A stretch of DNA of 64,000 nt from Okamejei kenojei. Its lineage: Eukaryota. The notes beneath the pieces are model-generated. The model searched no databases, was not told where the DNA came from, and saw only the letters and a list, made by a program, of their open reading frames with translations. The position numbers and the translations under genes were made by a program. Shown piece after piece: positions 27,175 to 40,896 of the stretch; within the stretch, counting starts at the first letter, position 1; each line of letters begins with the position of its first letter. Location: contig CM069153.1 of assembly GCA_035221665.1 (NCBI GenBank), positions 19,220,001 through 19,284,000 of the forward strand, in the 5' to 3' direction.

Positions 27175-27390
27175 TACAGAAAGTGCTGGAGTAACTCAGT
27201 AAGTCAGGCAGCATCTCTGGAAAACATGGATAGATGACATTTCCGGTCGGGATGCTTCTTGAGACTGAAGAAGGGTCCTCAACCCAAGATGTCACATATC
27301 CATGTTCTCCAGGGATGCTGCCTGACCCACTGTGTTACTCCAGCACTTAGTACCTTGTTTTATAAACCAGCATCTACATTTCGTTGTTTC
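27175..27390. mobile_element. Palindromic Penelope-derived element
   Basis: agtgctggagtaac...ttcttgagactgaagaaggg...gttactccagcact inverted arms. Confidence 0.75.
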
Positions 27391-29936
27391 TATTTATTTT
27401 TGGTTGTTAACGGCTTTGAGACATCCTAAAGTCATGAAAGTCGTTGTGTGTGAAAGTTTAGCCAACCAAGTGTAAATATTACAAAATATAAATAAAACAA
27501 ATTATGGCCCAAGAAATGTTGCATCTACTGAAGGATTAAATCACATAAAATATTACCTTGGCAGAAACCAAAACAAAATTGTTGAAAAATAAATCAGCTA
27601 GTTGATTATTTGTCAATGTTTTATTTGCCATCTTTGATTCTGTAATGTATTTCGTTTTAAAATATCCTTCACGCCCTCTTCGGTTATTCACTATTTTGAC
27701 TGCCATGTCCCTGACAATTAAACGATTAGTCCTAATTGAAAATAAAATTTTAAAGAAACCTGCTGAACTGGAATTCTGGCATTTGTTTAATTATTCTTAT
27801 TTACTGCCAATCAAGCAGCTTTTTTCATTATTACATAAAAATCATAAAAAAATGGCACGAATAAACTCTGGGTTAGTAACCTATAACTCGAGGGGGTTGG
27901 GTGGGTCGCAGTGGAGTTGCGTGTGCAATAAGTATGATCTGTGACAAGGAAGCGAAGCGTGGTTCGGGAAATCATTATGACGCATCAACGGGCAATGGTT
28001 GTACATTTTCATGGATCAGGAATCTCTCCCCTCCCAAGGAAAACAGTGTCACAAACACGCCGTGTTCCACCTAGAGGCCTCAGCAAGAAGTTCAAGAAAG
28101 CCAAATAGCACTTGAAGCTGGAAATTAAAATTGATGACCCCTCCCCCCCTCCACCCGTTTGATAACCTCCACAATGGGCAATTGGGGCATTTAGGGCTCG
28201 GGATTTGCAATGTAAAACTCGTACCTTAATTGAGATGCGGCGTGCTGTTTTGGGGTCAGTGGGAATGTTTTGTTTTGTCGAACGCTAATATCAATATGAT
28301 TGCACTGCACAAAAGATTTGGTTAAATGATCCGATTGTTTTACTCAATGCAAACGTATGATTCTGAACACGGTGACGTTTGCCCTGGAATTTCTCAAAGA
28401 GGGAAACAAACGCTGTCTAAAAGTACAGAGAAATGCACAGCCTGTCTACATTCACCATCCGGTCAAGTGCGTTTCGAACAAAGTACCAACGCCTCAAGTG
28501 CGTTTCGAACAAAGTTTCATGTCCCCAGGACGGATCCGAGCGGGACCATTCCAATGCTCGGTCGACAAGGTCCGAAAACTAGGCAGATCCGCTGTCTGCT
28601 GCCTGCTACAGTATTAAAAGGTCCAGACTCCTCGCCAAGCCCCTTCCCCGTAACCCCCTACTCCCTACCACTGACAACAAATGGGCTGGTTTAACCTCAA
28701 AATCGCGTTCAAATACCTTCGTGGTCTCTCAGCGGCTTCGCCCCTCTCTGTCTCTGGTCTCCTGCCGGTAAATCTCTCTGAATGTGGAGTTCCCCACATT
28801 GATGCAAACACCCTGGTTTCCTTTCCCAACTTTTGGCGGCTAGATCCCAAACTGGGTAATTACTTTCCTACACTCTTCAATTTAATCCAGTCTTTAGGAT
28901 TTAACCAAGCTAATTTCCTATCTCATATCTTCAGCCCTCTGTCGAGTCTGGAGGTACAATTTATGCCACTTCGCCCACTCCAACGCGGCTTTCTGGTCAC
29001 GACCCCGCGCTTTATCTACCCACTCGCCTTTATTTCCACCCTTTAATTTAAACGTGTGCATTGCCCTTGGCCTTCGTGTGGCAGCTAGTTCCACGGATTA
29101 ATCGTTGGATTAATTGATGACTATACGACGTGTTCCCACAAGTAGAAACATCCCTCGCCGCATCGACTCTCGAATCCCGTCATCCTGTGTTTGTTCAGAC
29201 GTTATGAAATTCCTCGGGGATGGAGATTTCAGCAAAGATAGATGGATACTTTTGGAAAATGCGAATAACGACATATAGCAGTAAATTCTCTTAACACATT
29301 GAGGAAATGCACATTAGTGCTTAAAACTGAGCGTAAAACTGTAGCATCTAGAAATCTTTAAACAAACAATTTTGAACTAAGTGTTTGGACGCGCTGCTAA
29401 TAAATGACTTCGCTTCTTCAATATCCCAGAACATTGAAGAAATGGTAATCTCGCTAACGTGTACATGAATCCTTCCATCCCACAACTCCCCTCTCTATTA
29501 ATTGTATGTGCTGTAGGTTATACTTGAAGGAGTTGTTAAAGAGCAATTAATCCCAAATTAAAACTCGCTGGAGGTTAAAGGTCACCAATAATTAAGATTC
29601 ATTGCATTTTCGGTCTCGTACAGCTGGGCGATGGCTGGTGCAAGAAACCACGCAGCTGGTCGAGGGCGGATTCATTCCACCATTAACCCTTTGTATGTAC
29701 ATTGACAGAATATCGGGCAGATGTATAAATCTCACTGACCGTGTATCCAAGCAATGTTATTTTTTCTGCTGCCATTGGGTAATTGTACCTCGCGTACCTC
29801 ATTCATTTAACTATTCTCAAACGGGTAACGATCTGTACGGAGTGAATCAGTCAGGCGAAGGGTCCCGACCCGAAACGTTGCCCATCCATTCCCTCCACAG
29901 CTGCTGCTTGACCCGCTGCGTTCTTCCAGCACTTTG

Positions 29937-30244
29937 CAATACCTCCAGATTCAGGGACAGTTCCCCCCCAGTTGTTATCAGGCAACTAAACCATCCTCTC
30001 ATCAACTAGAGAGCGGTCCTGAGCTGCTATCTACCTCATTGGAGACCCTCGGACTATCTTTAATCGAAATTTACTGGAATTCTTCTTGCGCTAAACGTTA
30101 TTCCCTTTATCTTGCATCTGCACACTATATGGCCGGCTTGATTGTAATCACGTATAGTCTTTCCGCTGACTGGATAGCACGCATCCAAAATAATTTCACT
30201 GTATATTAGTACACGTGACAATAAATTAAACTAAAATAACGAAC
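29937..30244 (+). mobile_element. Rex1/Babar-type LINE 3' end inserted into a Penelope-derived element
   Basis: TSRFRDS..PVVIRQLN, 3' UTR ending gtgacaataaattaaactaa, and 8-bp TSD GCACTTTG at 29929-29936 and 30245-30252. Confidence 0.75.
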
Positions 30245-31419
30245 GCACTTTGTGTTTTACTCAAGATTCCAGAAGTTGCCATTTATGTGGGTCAATTTAG
30301 TTGAAGCGCGCTCTACATTGGAAGGTTGGGTTGTTTGAAACAGTAACATTAACGTTTTGGAAGGGATCAACCCGAGGTTTACCAATTAGCCAGGAGAATA
30401 GCTGTCCACATTTGATTTGATAGTTATCGTTAAGTAAAGCAAGCCCGACCGCTCCAAGTGGAAAGCTCATCCTTATCTTTTCTGGGACATGTTTTTTTTC
30501 TCACTGAATAAAATAGCTAACAACAATTATGGATAATAAAGATACATTTCTTTCTGCTTATAATCTTTCAACCAACCAGTTGGTCGTTTGGTCGATGTTT
30601 TTTAGTGGAGAGTAAAACATCTCTACTCGTTAAAAACTACGTTCCACATTCGAAGTTTTTTTTACAATCTTTTTGTTACTCTCAATAATTGTGTACAAAT
30701 GGTTTACCCCAGAACAGAATGCAAACGATTGACTAGGTTTGCAAAATACATTCATATGGTGTTGTTATATTTCGAAACGGGCACTTGTGCGTGTAGTGCG
30801 ATCAGCTCACAGGGTGGGGGTATAATTTTTAAATTCCATCAGTCGCCAATAGTTTTTGAAGCCGGCGATAGATGTCTATAAAATACGACACAACCGGGTT
30901 GTCATCTTTCAACTAACGTCTCCTTTAGCAATTATATGGTGACTAGTTTACTGTCGCCACCGGATAGTTCCAGGGATTTACTTTATTTACGAAACGCTCT
31001 CTCAGAAATCCGTGCCTTAATAAATATTCGCTAATGTGAGTATTTATTCCCATTGCTCAGTCTAGTCTGACATTAGCGCAGTGCCGAGGAAGAGATGTAG
31101 GGTCGGGATTCCATCTCCGAGATTCATGTGTAGGAAGGAACTGCACATGCTAGTTTAAACCAAAGATAGACACAAAGAGCTGGAGTAACTCGGCGGGACA
31201 GGCAGCATCTCTGGAGAAAAGGAAGAGGTGACGTTTCAGGTGGAGACCCTTCTTCCAGAGCTGCCGTCTGACCCGCTGAGATACTCCAGGTTCTGAGATT
31301 CCTTACCCCGGACTGGTGAGAATCCCCAGTCTTCATTCAGAAAAGAGAGCGGGAGATTTCTGTGCATGGAAGGGAATCAAAGGATTTGGCGGCGGTGCTG
31401 TAAGTTGAAGATCACATAA

Positions 31420-31985
31420 TCCCAGGCATAAATAGGGTAGACAGTCAACCTTTTTCCCCAGGGTGGAAATGACAAAGACTAGAGGCCATTGTTTTAAGGC
31501 GCTGCGTCAAAGTTTAAAGGAGATGTGCGAGGCAAGTTTTTGTATAATTATATACAACGAGTGGTTTGTGGTGATTGAGGCACATACGATAGTGGTGAGT
31601 AAGAGGCTTTTAAAGGGGTTCATGGATATACTGGGGATGCGGGGGATATGAACTATGTGCAGACAAGTGAGATTAGTTTGTCTCGGATATCATTGGAGGC
31701 TATAGGGCCTGTTCCCGTGCTGTATTTTTCTATGTTCTATGAATGGCCGAGTTGGATCGAAGGGTCGAGTCGACATTCTTGTTCCAACTACTTATGTCCT
31801 TTCTAATAAATATTAAGTTGGGCCTATCAGATTTCGCAGATGGATGTAAAATGGTGTTAAGGGTTATGGGGAGAAGGTATGAGAATCGGGTTGAGAGGGA
31901 AGAATAGATCAGCCACGATTGATTAGCGGAGTAGACTCGATGGGCCAAATGACCCAATTCTGCTCCTATGACTTAAAAACTTATG
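31420..31985 (+). mobile_element. Two degenerate CR1 3' fragments
   Basis: TKTRGHCFK remnant and ttctatgttctatg tail near 31730; second tail from 31855 to 31985. Confidence 0.65.
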
Positions 31986-32071
31986 AAAAGATACCATATA
32001 CCATTTCAATGCGAAGCAGTGAAGTTATCCTCGGTATCATGATCAGCTTTAATCTTTCCATCAATAACATT

Positions 32072-32392
32072 AAACATAGAAACATAGAAAATAGGTGCAG
32101 GAGTAGGCCATTCGGCCTTTCGAGCCTGCACCGCCATTCAATATGATCACGGCTGATCATCCAACTCAGTATCCTGTACCTGTCTTCTCTCCATACCCCC
32201 TGATTCCTTTAGCCACAAATGCCACATCTAACTCCCTCTTAAATATAGCCAATGACCTGGCCTCAACTACATTCTGTGGCAGAGAATTCCACAGATTCAC
32301 CACTCTCTGTGTGAAAAATGATTTTCTCATCTCGGTCCTAAAAGACTCCCCTCTTATCCTTAAAATGTGACGCCTTGTTCTGGACTTCCCCA
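32072..32392 (-). mobile_element. CR1 LINE 3' end, same subfamily as 24856-26884
   Basis: Reverse complement of about 26565-26884 (FRTEMRKSFFTQRVVNLWNSLP...GYGEKTGTGY) with a CATAGAAA tail. Confidence 0.92.
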
Positions 32393-33028
32393 TATGGATA
32401 TCATACACTTTGCCTAAATATAAGATTGTTAAAGGGACGGTTATATTAATATACCAACGAAGGACCTTGTTATGAATCGATTGGCTATGTTTCCTAAAAG
32501 GTGACAATCATACATTTCAACATTTATTTTTAAAAGATCTCTCGGGCCTTCTGATGCCGTCAACTGGCAATATAAATGTAGCTTGTTCGTTTTACATCAC
32601 AACAAGAGACGAAAACTGAGTAACGAAGGGTGATGTCATTTACAAATTTAAATATGTTTCTGTATTGGAATCATTAGAGCTGTACAACACAAATCTGGCC
32701 CTTCTGCCAACTTGTCCATGCGGACTAAATTGTCATATCGAGCTGGATACATTTGCCTGCAACCGAAGAATAAAAAGGGCTAAAGAGCAACACTGCTGGA
32801 ACTTGTTATCCGGCTAATCAGCAGCTGTAGAGGCAGAAGCCGAGTCTACGTCTCAGGTCTGTGGTCTGTCATCTCAACGTCCGGGTTATTTATTAGAACC
32901 ATCCACTCAGTTTCCCTCTTTAACGTTGTTGCTGGAACCGCGAGATATTCCCAGCAACTTTTTCTCCCTAAATAATGGCAGCAGTTTTTTTTTAAAAACC
33001 TGATTTGGTGGTATATTGTATTTGAAGT

Positions 33029-33121
33029 CTGAAGAAGGGTCTCGACCCGAAACGGTACCCATTCCTTCTCTCCGGAGATGCTGCCTGTCCCGCTGAGTTA
33101 CTCCAGCTTTTTGTGTCTATC
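33029..33121 (+). mobile_element. Short Penelope-derived hammerhead element
   Basis: Starts at CTGAAGAAGGGTCTCGACCCGAAAC. 13-bp TSD TTGTATTTGAAGT at 33016-33028 and 33122-33134. Confidence 0.85.
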
Positions 33122-34714
33122 TTGTATTTGAAGTTGATAGAGTGATACAATTGGAATCCTATTTTCAGGTAACGTTTGCTGAAGGTGCAGATGCAGGTTT
33201 CCAGTTTAGGCTGATATTCCACATTGAAACGCAACATTTTTTTAAAGGCACTGCACTTTAGAAGAGATAAATTAATTGCGAATCCGGAAGCACTCGTCAG
33301 ATTTACGGTGATCTTTAAGAAAAATCCTTTTCGGGTGAAAACGGCCGAGGATTAGACGGGCAGTGTCAGAAGGGCGCCTTTATCTAAACCTGGATTGTTT
33401 CCAGATAATCCATTGTAATGGTCATCGTGGACAATGGACGAACCACAGAGAGGCTAATTAGGTGGATAAAATATGGATATGATACACTTTGCCTAAATAT
33501 CAGATTGTTGATCGGTCCACAGTGTAAACGTGCCGCTCTCATTCCTCATTTATAGGAATTTGGCCCAAGCATTACTTTTCTTGAGATAATGGTTATCATT
33601 GTATCAATTTTCAGTTGAATTCCATTTAATTTAGTTCATTGGCACGGCGTCAATGTAAACATCTCCCAGCCAGCCAGCAAAGATATGATCCACCATAGCC
33701 GACCTGACTGACTTGTGAAATGTGTGACACAAAAAGCTGGAGTAACTAACTGTATGTCCGGCTTGTTAGATTCACTTTACTTCATGGGAAAACTTCCAAC
33801 ACTGAACTGAGAATCCAAACAGCAAAGCTCAGCTAAAGATTCTCCACCGCAGCCATGTTTAACTGAGCGTGTTCATCCAAACACACTTGGAAGGGGTGGA
33901 AAGACTAATGATGACGGTCATACTGAACTGCATGGCTTATGGTCGCATTTCTTTCAAATAGTCAAAATCAGACACTTGTGTGGATTTTTTTTTTGAGAGG
34001 AAGGAAGCAAGGGTAGATGTAAAAACATCTGGTCTAACCATGTCAGATGCTTTTGGCACGGCTCTTAGTCCAGGAATCATTGTCTGTGTTCTGTGATCTA
34101 GAAACGGCTTCTTTTATTGTTTACCCATATTTTAATGCTAATTTGCAAACACAGAAGAAGCGCCCAAACAGATGTGAACCATTTGTTTGGGTTGTAGTTC
34201 ATTTGTCAGGGAGAAGGGAAGGCTGCCTCGCAGGATATTAAATATTACCTCGACCATTCACCGGCACTTCATATTTCAGAGTTAGAATAGATGTCGAGTT
34301 TGTAAGGAATAATGAATCTGTCCAGCGCTGCAGAAGAAGACAGACGAGTGCTTGGGGAATTTTAGAAATGGAGTAAGTATTCATAATAGTTCCTGACCAC
34401 ATCCCGGGAAGATTACAAACACTCTTCACGCCAGCTCCAGACCTTGTGCTTTAACCCTCGAAGTGCTGGACTTTCTTATTATTGTTTACAAGTATCTACA
34501 AGGCGACAGAATACTTTTAGAATCAAAACCACGTCTCCATCCTGACCATTTCCCGAAAACAAGTAACACTTTGAGATGTAAAATCCACGCCAGTGTCCTC
34601 GTGATACGAGAGTGATGTCCATTCCAACATTAAAACCTTGTATTTACTGTCCCGTCCTCTACAAGGAGTAAGTCGTTTATTCGTTTCAATAACCGGATGA
34701 ACTATTTTATATAA

Positions 34715-34960
34715 GACCATCTTACCAACAACTAGAGAGCGGTCTTGAGCTGCTATCTACCTCAATTGAGACCCTCGGACTATCTTTGATCGGACTTTAC
34801 TGGACTAAATGTTACTCGCTTTTTTCCCTTATCTCGTATCTGTACACCGTGGATGGCTCGATCGTAATCAGTAATCACGTATTGTCGTTCTGCTGACTGG
34901 ACAGCACGCAACAAAAGCTTCTCGCTGTACCTCGGCACATGTGGCAATGTACTAAACTCA
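34715..34960 (+). mobile_element. Rex1/Babar-type LINE 3' UTR copy
   Basis: caactagagagcggtcttgagctgctatctacctc... is near-collinear with 29990-30235. Confidence 0.75.
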
Positions 34961-37900
34961 ATATTAGTTTGATTGCCCCTTGTTACGTGCGTTTTACATG
35001 AAAACTTTTAACAACAATTTATTGCCTGCCCACCTCCAACATGGAAATGTTTTTCACAGCATCACTGCGTTTATACGCCAGCTATTTGTACTTGTCGTTG
35101 TTAACTCCGAGATATAACACTTATTTCCTGACTCTGATGGTAATTAACTGATCTCTGAATGCCTCATTGATCACCTGCCAGGAATCATTTGCTCTTTTAT
35201 TCATCTCAATGGGGTCTATCGTTTAAAATAAATGACCGCCCGTGTTTAAAGAGCGAAACTGTTTACATTTGATTATATTCCATGATCGATACCGGCAATA
35301 CAATACCTTCATATTCCATACGCTTAACTGTAGGAGCGAAATATACGCGCCGGTTAATATACGGCGCAGAATTTGAAATCTTGTTAATATTACGTATCTA
35401 TCCGCTTAGTGCTTTCGATCCCTACCCATTCAATCCCTACCCTTTCGATCCCTACCCATTGATCCATGTCCAATCAAAAACGATTCCAAAATATCGATTT
35501 ACATGTCAAAAAATCATTTTAGTTTTCTCGCGCAGATGGGACATGTTGGTCGCTGTGGGCAAGTTAGGCCGAAGGGCCTGTTTCCGCGGAAGCTGCATGA
35601 CTCTATGCCTCTACTAGCTTTGGTTCGATATATGATTTAGTCAGACTGATTTCCAACTCCAAATAAAGTATGAAGTTAAATTAGCCTTGGGTGTAATTTA
35701 ATACCAGCGCATGCTACAGTTAATTGTGGGGATATACATAGAGTTCACAGAAATTAATATGACTTCCTAATGTAATCTGTAAGGGAAAAATGCATTGATG
35801 TAATACTTCTTTGAACACACGTGAGTGAGTTAATTGCATTCATTTACTTCATACCCCACCAAGTGTACACAGATCTACACACACCGTGCAGAAACATGGA
35901 TATAATCTCTACTCGCGAACGCAGTTATTCAAATGTGACACGTTATTATGCTTCCGTTTCAACGCTAAACATTAACTGATTAAATTGGAGAATGTGACAA
36001 ACAATGAAGTTTTATCCTTAAAGGCAGCCACGCTACGTGACGGGAAAATCTAACGCATTGGGGAATATTGGTCTGTAAATTGATAGTTACCCGATCAGTT
36101 ATGAACGTGAATCTGAGGTTTCAGATGCAGAGTGCATGGTGATCGTGGTCGGTTATGTACCCATTGCCCTTAGCAATGCTTGGGGAGATTGTACATCGTA
36201 ATAAACTCAATGTGGAGAGTTACAAATCGATCACCCCCAGAGAATCAAATATTTTTTTTGAAGTGCCTTTGTTTAATTTCTTGCAGCCAAAAACAAGGAT
36301 TGTATGTGGATCGGATTAATCCAGTCGTTAATTAATAGAGGACTGATTACAGTTCAGAGTAATTATCTATCTAGTGTACTTGGCGAACATATCAGCAAAC
36401 TTTCATTTGTTGGATAGATTCGCTCATTCCAATTAAAGGAGGTATTATTCCGTCCTCTCCGCCTCTCCCCGCCCAACTGTCCGGAAATAAAGATCTTGGA
36501 ACACCTGCATGGAGGACGAAGAAGGAAAGTTTGGGTCTTTAAATTGGTTCAAGTCTGGAAACTGTTCCCAAACCTTGCGTGGTCATTCCTGCAACCAATC
36601 TGCATTTGCCGGGAATTGTGTCTCCAGTTTTGGAAGTGTATTAGTCACGCGTGTTAGGTCGTCGAAATCGCCCTCGCATCCACCCGTCAATTTTCTGTCA
36701 GATTCATGAATTGAAAATGAACCGAGCGCTGATCTGCGCCGAACCGCGGCTGCTCTACAGAGCCGGGGCCATCCGTAAACTGATTAATGCGATACAATTA
36801 AAATCATTATCAAAGGAAATGAGATGACCGGAGAAGACAAAACGAAGACTGTCTGCTTCCATTTCAATGTAGATTTCAATCCACGCCTATTAAAAGGACG
36901 GAGTAGATTTACAAAACCGATATAAGTTGAATGAATATTTTACCTCACAAGCAGACATTCTGAGTGACACCAGAACTTTACTCATTTATCATCCCGGCCC
37001 CGTTTGTGGCTCTTTCCTCATTATTCATTGTAGACCCATGAATGTTGCAAATTTACTGTAAAACTACCCAGTAACATATTCCCTCCCGACCCCCGCCCCA
37101 ACTATAGAAACAGCGGATAGACCCGTTTCTCGCCAAATCTTTGCCCGAACTCCAAAAAGAATGGGTTATTCCCGCTTTTGTTCCAAGGATTGACTTCAGC
37201 AACAAAAAAAACACTCAATTAATTATTTTATTGGGCTGTTTAAAGTGAGTCTGTTCCATTACAAATGAATTATTGTTAATGTTAATTTCCACTTAAAATG
37301 GGGAGTACCATTCATATATTTGCACATTTTAAGCTGTAATGTTTTTTGTTAAAATGCTGAATCATTCCAAAAATACTTCATAGAATTAAGAGATCAGGAT
37401 CTGGTACTAAAAGTAAACCCGAGGCTTTGCAGTTTAAGTGTTGATGTGTGTTTTGCGTTCAAAGTTGTTGAAAGTTGCTAAAAAAAAAAGCACTGCGCGA
37501 GGCGCTCGCTCTCGGAAACACCGAGGGAACATACACGTCCACTCTTGATGAACAGACATCTTAATAAAGATAATACACTACAAAAAAAAAAAACATTTGT
37601 GACTCATTTCACCCCTACCCAGAGGCCTAAATGACCGGAGACTCCACACTTGTTTTAATTGTCAATCAGATAGTGCATTAAAAAAATTCAACCTTCTGTT
37701 GAATTACAGTGTCAGGATTTTAGACAGTTATTCTTAACCGACGAGATATCACAGCGGACAATATAAACCGATCGAAATATGATCAACAGATATAAGATAT
37801 TAAAGGACATTTATTTCCACAACTGTGGATAATCTAAATACATAATGAAATTGGACGGGGATTCTGATATTTTAATTACCACAAAATGATATTTGAAATG

Positions 37901-38689
37901 TTTCATATTTACCACTTTAACTGTACATGGATATGGACGTTTAAAGTTATTAGTTCCTGTGAATTAGGTTCATCCACAACGGAGCTAAATCTAGTTTCAA
38001 ACAAAGTTTGATTGCGGATATCAAACTTTGTACAGCATGACGCAATGGACATTTTAGCGCCGAATGTTTCATAAATCAGGCTAATTAAACAAAGGAACTT
38101 CCAACCGACAATGACAGGAAAGATGATACATCGATGCCGGAATTCAGTTGGCTTTGTCCCCTTTGTGCAAATGTTGGTAACTTTTGAGATTGTCCCCTCG
38201 TCTCCGGCATCCGCATATCCTCTAGATTTTGGTTTCGTCCACGAATTAGCCGAGAGATTAATACTTTATAAAAAATAATTCCTTACATTGATTGAATCTA
38301 GCCCGTCTGCCCAGTCTGCTAATAGTGTTGCCTCTGCACCAGTCTCCCCATGCCGCTCTCAATATCAATTACCGAGGTACGTTTTCTACTTGAAACTGAT
38401 GAGAACCACCGTGAGGAAGGTTACGGTCGACCTACACAAAGTCGGGAGCCTATCTCGGGGTAAGCTGGCCGTTCGGGTTCGATTCACTCATTTCCGTCAG
38501 TAGCGGGAGAAGTCAGAGTGTGTTAAATGCAGCTTTCCGGTGCGATTGTGGGCACGTTTCACTCTGGCACGCTTGCTGGTTTGGGGATAGGCTTAGGACC
38601 AGCCGGCACTTACCAAATACGGCCAGCGTATAGTTTTTTTTTAAATAAAAAGGTACTGTAATGTATCGAGCGATAGATGGGTGGCGCGA

Positions 38690-38900
38690 TGGCCAGGGAG
38701 GGTTGTAAATAAACCCCTGGCAAAGTTGGACGGGGCTCCAACGCCAGGTGGGCATGACCATCACGTCTACCTTTGATACCGACTCTGGGCCAATTGAGAA
38801 AGCAGAGGGGCGGTCTGCGGGCGTGTCGGGCTTCAGCTGGCCCCGATTGGAGAAAGCGCTGAGCCCATGTCAGCTCATCTGCACTCAAACTCGCTCAGGA
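38690..38900 (+). promoter_or_regulatory. Likely HS3ST3B1 proximal promoter
   Basis: CpG-rich. TGTAAATA Fox-like site near 38704, CTTTGAT TCF-like site 38771-38777, CCAAT 38790-38794, GC box GGGGCGG 38807-38813, inverted CCAAT (ATTGG) 38846-38850. Confidence 0.55.
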
Positions 38901-39121
38901 GTGGATGGTGGAGCCGTCGATCACCCGGTGTCACTCCAGCAGGCTTTCGGGGTGTAACATTAAGCTGGGGAATTAGAGCGAGAGTCAGCTCGAAGCGGGC
39001 GCAGGATACAAGGGGGCCGGGCTGTTATCTCATTAGCCAGCGGTTGCTTTTCCAACGATGCGGCCACAACCAACAGGCTGGTGATCGCAATCCAGTGCTC
39101 GCACGCATCTCTTCCAGATGA

Positions 39122-39730
<609 letters not shown>

Positions 39731-40867
39731 TGAGTGATAGTCGTTGGGTTATTGGCGGGGGGGAGAGGGGGGGGGGGGGGGGGGGGAGAGATCCCAGCTC
39801 CGGTGGGGGGAGTGTGGGTGAGGGGTCAGGGGTAAAACTGATCGTCTCCCGGCGTTGTCGGTGCCCAGTGTCCCGCGTTGTGGCACCAACAGCAAGCGGT
39901 GTCACAAGCCGGGGGACTGCGCTCGCTTCAACTCGGGCCCGGGGGGGGGGGGGGGGGGGGGGGGGATGGGTTGAATCCGTTGTGAATGTGTTAATTCAAA
40001 ACTGAAATAGTTGTGCGGATGTTGGCTGCTGTAACCGACGCGTGGAATCGGCCGTCAAACTCCCGGCGCGGTTATTTGTTGCGCGGCTCCCAAACAAAAA
40101 CTGCATCTCCTTTTGAAAACCCAACTCCATTTTCCCTCCTTTGGCGATAGTATATCATGATCAGAGTTGTAACCCACAGCCCGAGTGAAGCACATTCAAA
40201 CGTCCGTGTCAGACAAGTTTTAATGCAACCTTCTACCTTTGGTGGGGCAGCGAGTAGTTAATTTTAATACTTGCTGCTTACGGTCGTAATAAACCTGCGC
40301 TTTAATGTTCACACATTCCTACAGGCGATTTATGTTGCGTGTCATTTTTACATCTCCGCTGTCTGCAGAGAAGTTTGAGTTTGCTGGTGTGAACATAAAA
40401 CCGGGGTGTGCAAAATAAAGCACTTTTCCAGCCCTTGTCCATTTTCACAAGTTTGAACCATATTCAATGATTGAAATAATAACTTGCGCGGATCGGCAGT
40501 CTTGACTTAATGTTCATCGCCGGCCGGAAAATCAAAAGGTACGAAGTTATACAATTAGTACGGATGGTGACACACGCGAAGAAAGGGTTTATCCAACGAC
40601 AAAAGGCAGCTGGAGGCAATATCTGTACGCTTAAACTCTTTATGGCGATCTAGGGGTACGATTTGGCAAAAGCATTCTTTCGGTGCGTTTGTCTGCAGTT
40701 TAATAACCCACGATTGAGTATATAACCGTCCACGCTATCTGGTAATAAAGGAGCTCCACTTGGTCGAAGACTGTCTATTCCTAATTTAGGTCGTAGTTTC
40801 AACTGATTATTTTCCCAGGATCGTACTTCTGGTGTGCACTGCGAATCGCGCGTGACTTCAATGTTGA

Positions 40868-40896
40868 TGTGTGTGTGTGTGTGTGTGTGTGTGTGT
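40868..40896. repeat. (GT)n microsatellite
   Basis: About 14 uninterrupted GT units. Confidence 0.95.

Noticed and set aside
28463-28515. 22-bp repeat TCAAGTGCGTTTCGAACAAAGT twice with a 9-bp spacer, superficially CRISPR-like
   Set aside because: Only two units, a spacer far too short, no cas genes and a vertebrate context. It is a simple tandem duplication.
32166-32507. 113-aa minus-strand ORF
   Set aside because: Chance fusion of flanking DNA to the C-terminus of a truncated CR1.
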